A DNA stretch of 64,000 bases from a virus (lineage: Duplodnaviria; Caudoviricetes). The stretch lies in the IMG/VR virus record IMGVR_UViG_3300032007_000010, one strand, 5' to 3'. Both the position numbers and the translations under genes were made by a program. The notes under the pieces are model-generated. The model saw only the letters and a list, made by a program, of their open reading frames with translations. It searched no databases and was not told the DNA's origin. Each line of letters starts with the position of its first letter. The stretch's first letter is position 1. Below are positions 10,421 to 21,060 of the stretch, piece after piece.

Positions 10421-11185
10421 ATGAATGACAAAAGGCCGATTGCCTCTCAGTTTGTGCTGAAACTTCTACCAAAACTATACTCACAGCTTGGTGAGGATGA
10501 TCCGTGCAACTGGTCTATGGTTGGACCCGGCAAAGCGAACAATAACATCAATTATATTTCCATCTCTGGACTTGGATACCCTGGAGAATTTCGTTATATC
10601 CCAAGCGATCAGGCAACCAGTCTTTTCTTACGTAATTCGCTCGATCATTTCGATCCTGCTGATTATGTGATAAACAGGCGTGAATACGAGGATCTCTGGA
10701 AGACCAAACGAGGCTTCCACCTCACCGACGAAGCGATTACACGCACATCGCTCGATGGCAACTCGGTACTCAGTATCGGCATTGAGGAATATGACAGCGA
10801 AGATACCAACGACCGCGAAGCTGTCATGGTGTTGATGCCAAACGAAGATAGCAACTTCATAACCTCGCTAAGTCGGCGATATTTCAAAGCCATGTGCAAC
10901 CGAAATCATGCATTACCAATGGATGATTATGGTGAGATTGATACTGGTGGTAATGTGATGTTTGAGCATATCATCGTAAACCCAGACAGATCCATTATTC
11001 GAGGTCGAGATCAATATTGTAATCATATCGAATTTTGGTATCAGGTCAGCAAGCTTATCGATGCCGGTGCTCGCTATCTTGTGACGCAGTATGCACTGCC
11101 GAGCGACATCTATGAGAAGACCGAACGCTACATCGTATGGTTGCTTCACAGAGACTATCCGCTCAGAGAGGAAGATTTTGCATGA
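10421..11185 (+). CDS. Hypothetical protein
   Basis: 254-aa ORF, GGAGG RBS. Confidence 0.7.
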   Translation: MNDKRPIASQFVLKLLPKLYSQLGEDDPCNWSMVGPGKANNNINYISISGLGYPGEFRYIPSDQATSLFLRNSLDHFDPADYVINRREYEDLWKTKRGFHLTDEAITRTSLDGNSVLSIGIEEYDSEDTNDREAVMVLMPNEDSNFITSLSRRYFKAMCNRNHALPMDDYGEIDTGGNVMFEHIIVNPDRSIIRGRDQYCNHIEFWYQVSKLIDAGARYLVTQYALPSDIYEKTERYIVWLLHRDYPLREEDFA

Positions 11186-11646
11186 TAACAGTATACGATC
11201 TTGTGGATCTCATGAACCATGGTGCAGGCGGCGATGGGAAAGGGGTCATCTATGTCGAAGATGATAGTTCCACCGACGATGATCCCATCATCGATCTTGA
11301 CCTGCTCAAGAACGATGAACTTCAGACCGTGATGGATCATCCGGTTCATCGGATCGAGATCGTGAAGGATCCGGACAACAAACTAGCGATACTCTATCAC
11401 ATTGATCTGCATGATGAGTGTCCACATCCCGGAATCAGCGAACCCATATCGATCATGGAGTATCTTGCTCTGATCGACCCATCCACCAACATTGTCATCG
11501 AAGATTTCTTTAACACCGATGAATATCTGGAGCACTTCCTGATCCACTACGCAGAAAATAAGACCGGCACATTTCCGATCATGCGCATACGCACGTCGAT
11601 GAAATCCGTGCGCGTTCGCATTCCGGATTTTAGCGAGGAGGAATGA
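11182..11646 (+). CDS. Hypothetical acidic protein
   Basis: ATGA overlap with the upstream stop codon. Confidence 0.6.
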   Translation: MITVYDLVDLMNHGAGGDGKGVIYVEDDSSTDDDPIIDLDLLKNDELQTVMDHPVHRIEIVKDPDNKLAILYHIDLHDECPHPGISEPISIMEYLALIDPSTNIVIEDFFNTDEYLEHFLIHYAENKTGTFPIMRIRTSMKSVRVRIPDFSEEE

Positions 11647-11650
11647 ACGA

Positions 11651-12184
11651 ATGGACAAACGCATCGCAATCTATCCAGGAACCTTCGACCCATTCCACAA
11701 TGGGCACCTGGACATCGTTCGAAGGGCGGCAAGACTCTTTGATAAGGTCATCATCGTCATGGCCGATAATTCGGCAAAGAAGGAAAGACGCTGGCCAGCA
11801 GGGCTCATGGAAGAGGCCATCGCAGAAACCATAGATGCAGAGATCGATGCATTTTCTGAAATGAACAGAGTTTTCGTGTTGTCATCGAGGGGTATGACAA
11901 CTGCGCAGTTTGCGATCACGCATGATGCGTGCGCCATCATCCGCGGAATTCGCACCGCCAGTGATCTAGACTATGAAAATGCGGTATGTCAGGGAAATAA
12001 GATGTTATATCCCGGGAATGCTGACAAGCTAGAGCACGTGTATCTGTTATCCGATGGAAGTATGACATATCTGTCCTCATCGTTTGTTCGAGAAATGGTG
12101 AGACCGGACATCCCTCTACAGGTCCTCGATAAAATGGTTCCCAGACCGGTATATGAACTTATCGCCAGAGAGGAGTATGGCTGA
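11651..12184 (+). CDS. coaD: Phosphopantetheine adenylyltransferase
   Basis: IAIYPGTFDPFHNGHLDIVRRA (HxGH), IIRGIR...DLDYE, LSSSFVRE. Confidence 0.88.
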   Translation: MDKRIAIYPGTFDPFHNGHLDIVRRAARLFDKVIIVMADNSAKKERRWPAGLMEEAIAETIDAEIDAFSEMNRVFVLSSRGMTTAQFAITHDACAIIRGIRTASDLDYENAVCQGNKMLYPGNADKLEHVYLLSDGSMTYLSSSFVREMVRPDIPLQVLDKMVPRPVYELIAREEYG

Positions 12185-12561
12185 TGAATCATGATATCTT
12201 TGTGTTGCTATGCATGATATTCCTTCATATTCTCGATGACTTCCATCTGCAGGGAATCCTTGCCAAGATGAAGCAGCGTGAGTGGTGGAAACGGCAGGAA
12301 GGATACGACGAGATGTATGCACATGACTGGATTCCGGCTCTCGTGCTTCATTCTTTTAGCTGGACCTTCATGATCATGCTTCCGCTGGCCATGAACAGCG
12401 GCGAACCGATCGACATGGAATTCCTTGGCATCTTCATTGGAAACATGATCGTGCATGCGATCGTTGATCATTGCAAAGCAAATCGCAGAACAATTCCACT
12501 CACGGTTGACCAGAGCATCCACATTGTGCAGATCATCGCAACGTACGTCGCGCTAATTTGA
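12184..12561 (+). CDS. DUF3307-like membrane protein
   Basis: HILDDFHLQ, LVLH, HAIVDHCK, DQSIH motifs with hydrophobic segments. Confidence 0.7.
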   Translation: MNHDIFVLLCMIFLHILDDFHLQGILAKMKQREWWKRQEGYDEMYAHDWIPALVLHSFSWTFMIMLPLAMNSGEPIDMEFLGIFIGNMIVHAIVDHCKANRRTIPLTVDQSIHIVQIIATYVALI

Positions 12562-12786
12562 TAACTGCGCATATCCATGTGTTGTTCAAATTGATTTCTC
12601 AGGGGCCATTATAGTGCCCCTGAGAATCTTTTTGTTTGCAATTTGACTCTTTTTATACCATTACCGCGACTCTATTCGACCAGCATAGAAAATATGACAA
12701 AACATCCGGATTAGAGGCTCCAAGTTGTCGAGGTTTGACATTCATATATAACAGTAACCTTATCCCTGAAAGAGGTGAATGTGCAT

Positions 12787-15006
12787 ATGAAACAATACAA
12801 CTATCAAACTGCCGAAACCTACTATCTTGATCTCGATACGAAAAATGTTTCGGCACTCAAGATGGCTGTCTTGCTCGACAGCCTTGGTGTTTCGAATTTC
12901 TTTTTCCTCGCAGTCAACAACAAGAAACTTCTCACGAAGAACGGAATTGATCCCTATGATCCGGATCTATCTCGCGAAGAGCAGTACATGGTTTTCCGTG
13001 AGTGTGCGGAAAACCGCTGGTATTTCTTCCGAGAGGTGTTCCGCGTGTCCGAGGCCGGTGCCAGCACAGAGGTTGGCGGCGGTACACAGTTCCAGTTCAA
13101 CCGAGGAAATCTCGCATATCTCTGGGCCAACAGTCTAAATTTGTCAACCTACCTCATCATGCCTCGACAGACCGGTAAGACCTGGGCGGCCATCGCCGAT
13201 TGTACCTGGAATCATCAGTTCATTCGTGGATCCAACATTCTGCACTTCAACAAGAATCAGTCGGATGCGAACATGAACCTGCGACGCGTTCGCGATGCGA
13301 TCCAGATGCTTCCGCTCTACATGCAGCATTCCAATCCGGATCTCATCGATCCCTCCGAAAAGCGCAGAATCAAGAACAACGAAAAGACGATTCGCAACAC
13401 GATCAATGCCACCATCGAGGCCATGAGCTCCGCCGGCAACGAGGCAAAGGCAGACTCCATGGCTCGTGGTAAAACTGCGGCGAAGATTTGGTGGGATGAG
13501 ATTGCATTCATATTCTTCAACGAAGCCATGTACGGTGCATCCACGCCTGCCTACGAAAAGGCACGCGAGATCGCCGAAAAGAATGGTATCCCGTACGGCA
13601 TCAGCATCACAACGACGCCCGGTGACCTGGCCACGCCACACGGTGAGTTTGCGCACCGCATGATGGAGTCGGCGATCCCATTCCAGGAAGAGATGTATGA
13701 CTGGAAACGCAAGAAGCTCTACGACATCATCTACAACACACCGGATAAGACCGGCTTCATCTTCATCCAGTTCAGTCATCTGCAGCTCGGCGAAACCGAT
13801 GATTGGTATCTCGAACGCGCGAAGAAGATGGCCAATCCGATCAAGGCGCGTCGTGAGTATCTGCTCGAATGGATCAACTCCAATGGCAATTCACCCTTCG
13901 ATCCGGACGACATCGAGGTCATCGGAGATCTTGCGGGCCAGCGCAAGCTTGGCGTGGAGATCCTCAAGATTAACAAATATTTCAATCTCATGGTGTATTC
14001 CGAGTACCATGGCAAGAAGCCGGTGCTGATCGGCGTCGACGTTTCCGGAGGTCTCGGCCGCGATAGCTCGGCCATCACGGTCATCAACCCCGAGAATCTT
14101 CTGCCCATGGCATTCTTCAGATCGAACATGATCCCTTCGGATCAGCTCAAGAAACTCATCGTGACACTGGTGACAAAGCGCTATCCGAACTGCGTGCTCA
14201 CGATCGAAAATAACTCGGTCGGCACACCGCTCATCAACGAACTTCGCGATACGCCGGTCGGACGCGTGCTCTATCGCGAGCGCAAAAAGAAAGAGATCGA
14301 TCAGGGACCCAACAACGCGACCAAGAAGCGTGTGCGTGATGTGGTCGAATATGGTCACAACACCAACACCACGAGCCGTGCACAGATGATGGAGATGCTC
14401 GAAAGCATCGTGCACAACTCTCCGACACATGTTGGATTCCCAGAACTCTACGACGAGATTCGTTACATGGAACTCAGACACGGTCGCATCGACCACTCGT
14501 CCAGCACCCACGACGACTGCACCATGTCCTATCTCGGTGCTCTCTGGGTTGTGCGCTATGGCAAGGGTCTCAAAGGCAAGGGTATCTACTACAACATCAA
14601 CGAAGGTGACGATGATAGTTCTAGCCTCTACGACTACACAAGCACCCTCAACGCCGCAAAGCGTCTCGTCCTCGATCGTGACAATGCTCGTGGTGAGGAT
14701 GAGCTCGTCGCATGGATGCGCTCCGAACATCCGGTCTATGATGCTGGATCGCTCGGCGAGCGTGAACGTGCCGAGATGTACAAGGCGATGGATCGTGCCG
14801 ATGGCATCGACATCGAAGAGGAGAGTGCATTGGCCGCCATCGACGCCATCCCTGAGGATACGCAGAGATTGCTCCTTCGCAACTACTATGCCATGATCAA
14901 TGGCGGTTCCGATGGAGACGATTTCATGGATCAGCTCATGCAACCAAGCTGGTCTGGCCAGAATAATAATTCTGGCGGCAGCATCTACGATGCCTATAGC
15001 TGGTGA
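12787..15006 (+). CDS. terL: Terminase large subunit
   Basis: Walker A PRQTGKT, Walker B WWDE, coupling motif TTTPG, nuclease GVDVSGG..D, IENN, HDD. Confidence 0.9.
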   Translation: MKQYNYQTAETYYLDLDTKNVSALKMAVLLDSLGVSNFFFLAVNNKKLLTKNGIDPYDPDLSREEQYMVFRECAENRWYFFREVFRVSEAGASTEVGGGTQFQFNRGNLAYLWANSLNLSTYLIMPRQTGKTWAAIADCTWNHQFIRGSNILHFNKNQSDANMNLRRVRDAIQMLPLYMQHSNPDLIDPSEKRRIKNNEKTIRNTINATIEAMSSAGNEAKADSMARGKTAAKIWWDEIAFIFFNEAMYGASTPAYEKAREIAEKNGIPYGISITTTPGDLATPHGEFAHRMMESAIPFQEEMYDWKRKKLYDIIYNTPDKTGFIFIQFSHLQLGETDDWYLERAKKMANPIKARREYLLEWINSNGNSPFDPDDIEVIGDLAGQRKLGVEILKINKYFNLMVYSEYHGKKPVLIGVDVSGGLGRDSSAITVINPENLLPMAFFRSNMIPSDQLKKLIVTLVTKRYPNCVLTIENNSVGTPLINELRDTPVGRVLYRERKKKEIDQGPNNATKKRVRDVVEYGHNTNTTSRAQMMEMLESIVHNSPTHVGFPELYDEIRYMELRHGRIDHSSSTHDDCTMSYLGALWVVRYGKGLKGKGIYYNINEGDDDSSSLYDYTSTLNAAKRLVLDRDNARGEDELVAWMRSEHPVYDAGSLGERERAEMYKAMDRADGIDIEEESALAAIDAIPEDTQRLLLRNYYAMINGGSDGDDFMDQLMQPSWSGQNNNSGGSIYDAYSW

Positions 15007-15188
15007 TAACAAAAATATAATGGGCTCATACTTGCTCGTGGGTTCATTCGCTCAACGTTTATTCTTGTTCGTTCAGTGTTTTTCTCCTTTGTAAAAGATG
15101 GTCCATCCCGGCTGGTCACCGGGATGGATCGTCTTGTCATAAAAACAATATCCCCTCCCAATGTCGGGAGGGGATATTTTCGTTTTTA

Positions 15189-15695
15189 TCAATCACGAAG
15201 AGGGTTGATCATATTAGACTTTACTGCCTGTGAGAAAGTTTCATCGATGTATTTCTGAAAAAGCGCATCGGAATAAAGTGTATTTGAATTCTCTTTCGAC
15301 GGCAAGAATCTCTTCGCGGATGCATAGCAGAATGCCAACAGAGCGGTGCTTGTGTGTAAGGGATACATCGAGACTCTATCGATCGAATCGTCCGTGATTT
15401 TATAGGGTCTGTAGTCATTGCTAAAATCCCAGAAGAGCTGCGCAAGCAACGATGCATACCGAGTTTCATCAAAACCAAGCCGATCGGAGACAATCGTTGT
15501 GAGCTGTCTGATGTCATGGCAAAGCAGATTGCCGGTCTCCATATTCTCGTAGCGCCAGCGGTCTATCATGTCAGGTCTGAGGAATGATTTGTGACTAACA
15601 TTCCACGACACAAAACTGTCGAGACCGGCATCGGCCAGAATTTCGTCGAGAATTCGATAGCAGTATGCCCTCAGCGCAATGGTGTGATAATTCAT
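15189..15695 (-). CDS. Hypothetical protein
   Basis: 168-aa ORF with RBS in the minus-strand operon. Confidence 0.65.
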   Translation of the reverse strand: MNYHTIALRAYCYRILDEILADAGLDSFVSWNVSHKSFLRPDMIDRWRYENMETGNLLCHDIRQLTTIVSDRLGFDETRYASLLAQLFWDFSNDYRPYKITDDSIDRVSMYPLHTSTALLAFCYASAKRFLPSKENSNTLYSDALFQKYIDETFSQAVKSNMINPLRD

Positions 15696-15706
15696 GTCTC
15701 TCCTCC

Positions 15707-16447
15707 CTAAAAATTCTGGATATATCCAACCTGCTGATCTGTCAATCCGTTGACGCTAAGCTGAACTGTGTACAGATAGATTCCGACGAGCCGGGTCTCC
15801 TGGAGAGATATGAAGAACTCGTCGAAGCTCTTCATGTTTAGGAACAGCGATTTGTAGAGTGGTATGCGTATCCGTTTTCCGTTCACCTTGACATCGAAGA
15901 AATAGATCTCCGGTCTGGCAACGGCCAGCTCGTAGAGATTTAGCTTGTTTCCATCGAATTGCAGACAGATTCCACCCGGTTTCACTCGCGAGATCATGGC
16001 ACCATAGGTGTCTTCGATCACCTTGGCCACGGGGTTTGTGGTGGTGATCGGGTAGTCGAGGCTGAGTGTTTCCACGTCAACGAGTTCATCGCGCAGGTAG
16101 AATAGGAACTTCAGGATCGCATGATCGTGTTCGGCTCGGAAATGGAGCTCTTCGCGGAGTTCCTTGGGCTTCACCTTTTCCTTGGAACCCTTCTTAGCCT
16201 CGTTCAGCTTGGCATGACCATTCGAATATGCCGTGCTGATCATCTTCACGTCGAGGAAGAGTGTCTCATCGTAGAAGCTGCCGACATACTCGTCGGTGTC
16301 AGGGATGTGGAGGATGTAGTGCATGCCGATGTCGCTGTCCTCGTCAACGGTGTAGCAATTCATGAGCATTCGATTGTGCATTAAAAACTGATCATAGCGT
16401 GATTTATTCGCTCGCTGGAGCAGTTTAATCAGCGGCTTCGCTTCCAT
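15707..16447 (-). CDS. Hypothetical protein
   Basis: 246-aa ORF with GAGGTG RBS. Confidence 0.7.
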   Translation of the reverse strand: MEAKPLIKLLQRANKSRYDQFLMHNRMLMNCYTVDEDSDIGMHYILHIPDTDEYVGSFYDETLFLDVKMISTAYSNGHAKLNEAKKGSKEKVKPKELREELHFRAEHDHAILKFLFYLRDELVDVETLSLDYPITTTNPVAKVIEDTYGAMISRVKPGGICLQFDGNKLNLYELAVARPEIYFFDVKVNGKRIRIPLYKSLFLNMKSFDEFFISLQETRLVGIYLYTVQLSVNGLTDQQVGYIQNF

Positions 16448-16772
16448 TGGTTATCACCTCTTGTTTGTGACGTCTAACGAAATCGTTGTATTCGGCATTG
16501 AGCAAAGCTAGCTGACGGTCGAGGTCGTTGATCACCGCTCGCAGAAACCAGGCCAGCGACTCTCGGTCGAGCTGACCGATCGAGACGGTGTTGGACCTAT
16601 CATCATCCGGCTCCTCATCGTGCCGTGTGGTGCTGAGAAAGAGCTTCTGGGACTTGGAATGATCCATGAGGATCGATCTATAAATATCACAGTAATATCT
16701 ATGTCTTGCTTTGATTCTCATGATCTCCGCCATGGTTATGCGGATCTGTTCCAATGGCTGGTTCGGCATCAT
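16425..16772 (-). CDS. Hypothetical protein
   Basis: ORF between the polymerase and the next gene, GAGGAGG RBS. Confidence 0.55.
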   Translation of the reverse strand: MMPNQPLEQIRITMAEIMRIKARHRYYCDIYRSILMDHSKSQKLFLSTTRHDEEPDDDRSNTVSIGQLDRESLAWFLRAVINDLDRQLALLNAEYNDFVRRHKQEVITNGSEAAD

Positions 16773-16776
16773 ATGA

Positions 16777-19008
16777 TCAACCCTCCTCACCCAGGTCAAG
16801 TTCCTTGATCCGCTTCTCCGCATCGTCGTAGCTCATACCATCTGCCATCAAATCCACGAGTCTGTTCATCTCATCGGTGAGCGGGAGGTTGAACCATGCC
16901 GCACCGAGAGATAGCCAGTCCTGGGAGATGTAGTCGGATGTGAACTCGGCGCCGGGGATATAATAGCGAGTATCCTCCTTGCGTTTGATCTGTCCGAGCG
17001 GGAGCATGTTCTGATATTTGCTAACCTTGTGCGGAATGATGAGTCTGCCGATCTGAGTTGATCTGGACAGCGATCTCGTATACTTCGCCCAGGGATATTC
17101 TGAGGAATAGTCCTCATCCATGACCTCGTCGAAGAAATGTTTGGAGGGCACACCATCGATGAGCTCGAGTCCATTCGCCGAGTTATTGTTCGGATTTCCC
17201 ACCAAACCGCCCGGCAGCGGAAGCTTACGGTCGATGGAGTCTTCGAACACCGATTGTGCCGCCATGGTTTTCTGCAGAACCTCGGCAGCTTCGGCCTCCA
17301 CCGCATCCTGGACAACGTCATCAACGCTGCCACCGTCCTCGGACAGGACTTCCTCGACCGCAGCATCACCCTCGGCGAGCAGTTCCTCCGCATCATCCTC
17401 GTCCATGCCCATGCGATCGAGCTGGATGCGCAATGCTCTTCGTTTTCTCGCTTCGTTGGCCTTCTCGGCCTCATCATCGGAGCCGAACTGCGTGTAGTTG
17501 ACATTGATGTTGTGACCCGGCACAAATCCTCGACGCATGTATCCGGCATAGTAGATTTGCTTCTGGTATTTGGTCTGTTTGACCAGATGATGCAGCGGGC
17601 ACTGGTGATAGTTCATATCGTAGACCAGGGACATGGTATCATTGGTCACCTGATTGATGAGAACCTGGCACCAGACGTCGCGGATGTTGTAGAGCACGAA
17701 GTTCCAGTAGTCGAGGATGCAGGCGTTGGTGACGTCTATTCCCTTGCGAAACTCCCATTTACCCATGCCGAGTTCAATCTTTGCGATGTTGTCCAGCTTG
17801 TTGGATCCATAGGACTTGCGACCCTTGCGGATGCCAGCATAGTTCTGCATCTGATCAATGTATTGGGTGGTGGATGTCATCCGAATGTATGAATTGCGTT
17901 CGGCGATATCGATAGGTCGGTTGTCGATGTGCCAGTTGATGTGCTGCACCGATTCGTCGAAGAAGTCACCGTCCGACATCTCCTTTATCGGATCCATTCC
18001 GAGATTCTCCATCCGCGCAGCCATCTTCGGCATATCGTATGGCATGTTCCAGAATTCCATGAAATCGGGTTTGTAGCGATTGACGGTCCGGAAGATCTCG
18101 TGGAGGAGCTCCTCCTCGGTATCGAAGAGCCGAATATGATATTCTGCCAGCGTGTCGATGACCTTCTTTTTCCCCTTCTTGATGATGGTTTGATGATCGA
18201 ACTTTTCGTGGCACTCCGCATAGAACTTGTCGAGATTCTTCTCAAAATCCGCCTGCTGGGGGTAGCGCTTGTGGTTGCGCAGCAGATAGGTAAACACCTG
18301 GGTCCCGAGCCTATGATACGGACTCTTCGGATCAAACTGGAATATCATGGTCATGGCATTGACCGGATCGAGGTTCAATGCCTGCTCCGTGGATGTGAGA
18401 CCATAGATGTCATTCTCAATATCCCCGAAGCATATGTCCGTGACCGCGCTCTGCGTCAGATCATAGTGTGTTCCGAGCTGTATCCAATAGTATGAGTCCA
18501 CGGGAATGTCGGCCATGAGCACATAGGGAGTGAGCATGATCTGCTTCCGCATCTTCCAGTTCCCGGTCGCCACGGCATTGTCATATATCTGGCACAGTCG
18601 ATGATCGACGGGATCCGGAAAGGTTCGGATCTCCTTGTACAGTCGGCTCACGATTGCCCTGGCCGGAACCTTGATCGGATAGGTCTTCTCGATCTCGAGA
18701 TACTCGCGCGGCGTGATGAAGTCCTTGCGATACTCTGGTCTCACCGCGTAGAATTCATAGTCAGGATCCTTGATCGCCTGCACATGTTTCTCTCCGTCCG
18801 GTGTGCGATATACGACAAAGAGCTCGTCCTCTTCCTGGACACCGTGACAGCTGAACTTATTGTAGTTCAACACATTGTAGACAGATATGGGGTCGCCCTC
18901 GTGGACGTCCTTCAAAATATTGCGTAATCCGAAATCGACCACTTTCAAAGTCAGATTCCTCCCTTCGTTGGTATATTCTTGTAGTCGAATTTCTCGAAAA
19001 GTAAACAT
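16777..19008 (-). CDS. Family B DNA polymerase, N-terminal/exonuclease subunit (split polymerase)
   Basis: ExoI DIEND, ExoII FWNMPYD, KLDNIA, ExoIII YNIRDV, motif A variant DEDYSSEYP. The ORF ends before motifs B and C. Confidence 0.8.
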   Translation of the reverse strand: MFTFREIRLQEYTNEGRNLTLKVVDFGLRNILKDVHEGDPISVYNVLNYNKFSCHGVQEEDELFVVYRTPDGEKHVQAIKDPDYEFYAVRPEYRKDFITPREYLEIEKTYPIKVPARAIVSRLYKEIRTFPDPVDHRLCQIYDNAVATGNWKMRKQIMLTPYVLMADIPVDSYYWIQLGTHYDLTQSAVTDICFGDIENDIYGLTSTEQALNLDPVNAMTMIFQFDPKSPYHRLGTQVFTYLLRNHKRYPQQADFEKNLDKFYAECHEKFDHQTIIKKGKKKVIDTLAEYHIRLFDTEEELLHEIFRTVNRYKPDFMEFWNMPYDMPKMAARMENLGMDPIKEMSDGDFFDESVQHINWHIDNRPIDIAERNSYIRMTSTTQYIDQMQNYAGIRKGRKSYGSNKLDNIAKIELGMGKWEFRKGIDVTNACILDYWNFVLYNIRDVWCQVLINQVTNDTMSLVYDMNYHQCPLHHLVKQTKYQKQIYYAGYMRRGFVPGHNINVNYTQFGSDDEAEKANEARKRRALRIQLDRMGMDEDDAEELLAEGDAAVEEVLSEDGGSVDDVVQDAVEAEAAEVLQKTMAAQSVFEDSIDRKLPLPGGLVGNPNNNSANGLELIDGVPSKHFFDEVMDEDYSSEYPWAKYTRSLSRSTQIGRLIIPHKVSKYQNMLPLGQIKRKEDTRYYIPGAEFTSDYISQDWLSLGAAWFNLPLTDEMNRLVDLMADGMSYDDAEKRIKELDLGEEG

Positions 19009-19061
19009 GTTCTCCTTTCTCACTTCTATAGTATATTTCCGAATTGCTGTCGATACGAAGC

Positions 19062-19072
19062 TATATACTATA
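19062..19072 (+). promoter_or_regulatory. Early-type promoter TATATA-N-(T/C)ATA, representative copy
   Basis: Also at 9041, 19037(-, one mismatch), 22226, 28020, 38546, 49022, 49590, 54551. Confidence 0.7.
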
Positions 19073-19145
19073 AACATGAAGTTCAACCCGACGATCGGTT
19101 GGATAAAAGATCGTCAAAACGTATACGTAGAAAGGATGAAAGATA

Positions 19146-21002
19146 ATGGAACTTAGACTCACCAAGAAGGAACTCAGCATCGTGCTCAGGAGCATCGAAA
19201 ATCTCTATGATCACCGGGAGAGGTTTTTCGATGATCGCATCGACCATCTCAGCAAGACGCTCGCTGATCACATCGAAAAGCAAACCGAGAACAACAGACA
19301 GTTCATCGCCGAGCAGGCAGAACTCAACCGGCAGGTCAGCGATGAGATCTCCGGACGCATCGACAGTCTTTCCGAAAAACTTCACACGAGGATCAATGAC
19401 CTCTCGGAGCAGGTAGAGGAAATCGGCAACACCGTCGAGGATATCTACGGAATCGTCGAGGATAACGGCACCTCCGACGACGATGATGACGACGACTATC
19501 CGGACGATGATGACTACTATGTCGAAAAACTCATCTCCGAGAACGGCGAGCTCGTCATCGCAATGGTAACCGATGACAACGAGGACGTCCTTGCCTATGA
19601 TATCATCCGAAACGAGAAAAACGTCCCCGTAGACGACCTCGAAGCCGTTGAGAACTTGTACGACGCGATCGACGATGAAAGGTGCAATGACAGAGTCGAA
19701 CTCTGTGGGTATGACTTCTGCGATGTCGCCGAGGCCTGCGATTTCATGACCGATCTGGCAACAGTTTCGAGGAGAATCGATCAGGATGCGAAGACGGATC
19801 AATATGTGGTCTATCTCGCGAAATTCGATACCAATGATCGCCGGGTCCTGGCCGTTGTTACCAACGATATTGCCGGTGATAGGGCCTTCGTTGTTGTCGG
19901 CTATCGATTCGAGGACGGAGCTTTCGTCGACACCGAGTCTCAGTGCTGTGGTAAAATCCTGAATGGCGTCAACCGTAGCATCACAAAGGCCATCATCGAC
20001 GGTACGGCCATGACACTTCATGTTGGTTGCGAGCGCGAATGCGTAGAAGTGGTCAAGGCGTGGGTCGGGGATTGTCATCTCTCCGATGGCAAAGACGCCG
20101 CATATGGGCTTTATCTCATGGTATCCTCCGATAAGAAGTTCGCGGCGCTGACGGTTGCCGATAACAATGACAAGAATAACGTTATCGAAATGTCCATGAT
20201 GCGCAATGAGACCGACGACGAAATTCGCACCGAGGATCTGATCGCAAAGTTTGGAGATTGGATGGATTCCGACAGCATATCTGGCGCACTCGGCAATTAT
20301 GTCTATCGGATTGGAACCGGAGACCTGGCATCCTGCACCGACATGCTTGTGCGCACAAAGGAGCGCTTTGCGGCATCCAAACCCGATCATTTCGACGAGG
20401 TTTTGGACGAGTACGCAAAGGAATATCCGAGGGTAAACATCGAATTTCCCGACGAGCTCGTTGCCACCCGCTACGGCCTCTATGAATACGACTATCACAC
20501 CAAAAGCAACGGGGACCTGAAGTGTACTTTTATCTATGATGGTGAAACCAATAAGATCACCGACAGCGTTAATCGTCCCGGCAACGTCTCTGTCAAGAAG
20601 TTAGTTTCAATGAGCACGCTCATTCGCAGTTTCCGCGAACTCACAGATGCTCAGGAAAGTTTCTATAACCTGAACCAGATCGACAAGAACGCTCTCGATG
20701 CTTTTGTCAACACCACGAAGCAGAACAGCGAGGCCGTTGTCACCGACGATGCGGCCGATAAGATGTGCGTGCTGTCCATGATCAACGTCGATGCCGGAAA
20801 GGTGTTCTATGTCAGGAACGCCGATGGAGAGATCGTTTCCTACGATGTTGTCCGGCGCAACCCGGATGATCAGCGCGATATCTACGACTTCATCGATGCG
20901 AATGCGTCTGTGGCTGAAGAGTGCGGACGCGAACACGATCCTGACATACTTGAGATCAGGATGCGCATCATGGCAGACGATGCGCGCAAGGAAATCAACT
21001 AA
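19146..21002 (+). CDS. Hypothetical acidic protein with N-terminal coiled coil
   Basis: 618-aa ORF, early-type promoter at 19062. Confidence 0.75.
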   Translation: MELRLTKKELSIVLRSIENLYDHRERFFDDRIDHLSKTLADHIEKQTENNRQFIAEQAELNRQVSDEISGRIDSLSEKLHTRINDLSEQVEEIGNTVEDIYGIVEDNGTSDDDDDDDYPDDDDYYVEKLISENGELVIAMVTDDNEDVLAYDIIRNEKNVPVDDLEAVENLYDAIDDERCNDRVELCGYDFCDVAEACDFMTDLATVSRRIDQDAKTDQYVVYLAKFDTNDRRVLAVVTNDIAGDRAFVVVGYRFEDGAFVDTESQCCGKILNGVNRSITKAIIDGTAMTLHVGCERECVEVVKAWVGDCHLSDGKDAAYGLYLMVSSDKKFAALTVADNNDKNNVIEMSMMRNETDDEIRTEDLIAKFGDWMDSDSISGALGNYVYRIGTGDLASCTDMLVRTKERFAASKPDHFDEVLDEYAKEYPRVNIEFPDELVATRYGLYEYDYHTKSNGDLKCTFIYDGETNKITDSVNRPGNVSVKKLVSMSTLIRSFRELTDAQESFYNLNQIDKNALDAFVNTTKQNSEAVVTDDAADKMCVLSMINVDAGKVFYVRNADGEIVSYDVVRRNPDDQRDIYDFIDANASVAEECGREHDPDILEIRMRIMADDARKEIN

Positions 21003-21037
21003 AAGAACGCCCGGGATTACCCGGGCGTTTCTTTTTA
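21001..21037. terminator. Bidirectional terminator
   Basis: AAAAGAACGCCCGGG-atta-CCCGGGCGTTTCTTTTT between convergent genes. Confidence 0.8.
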
Positions 21038-21060
21038 TAGATCCATATGGTATGGTTTTA

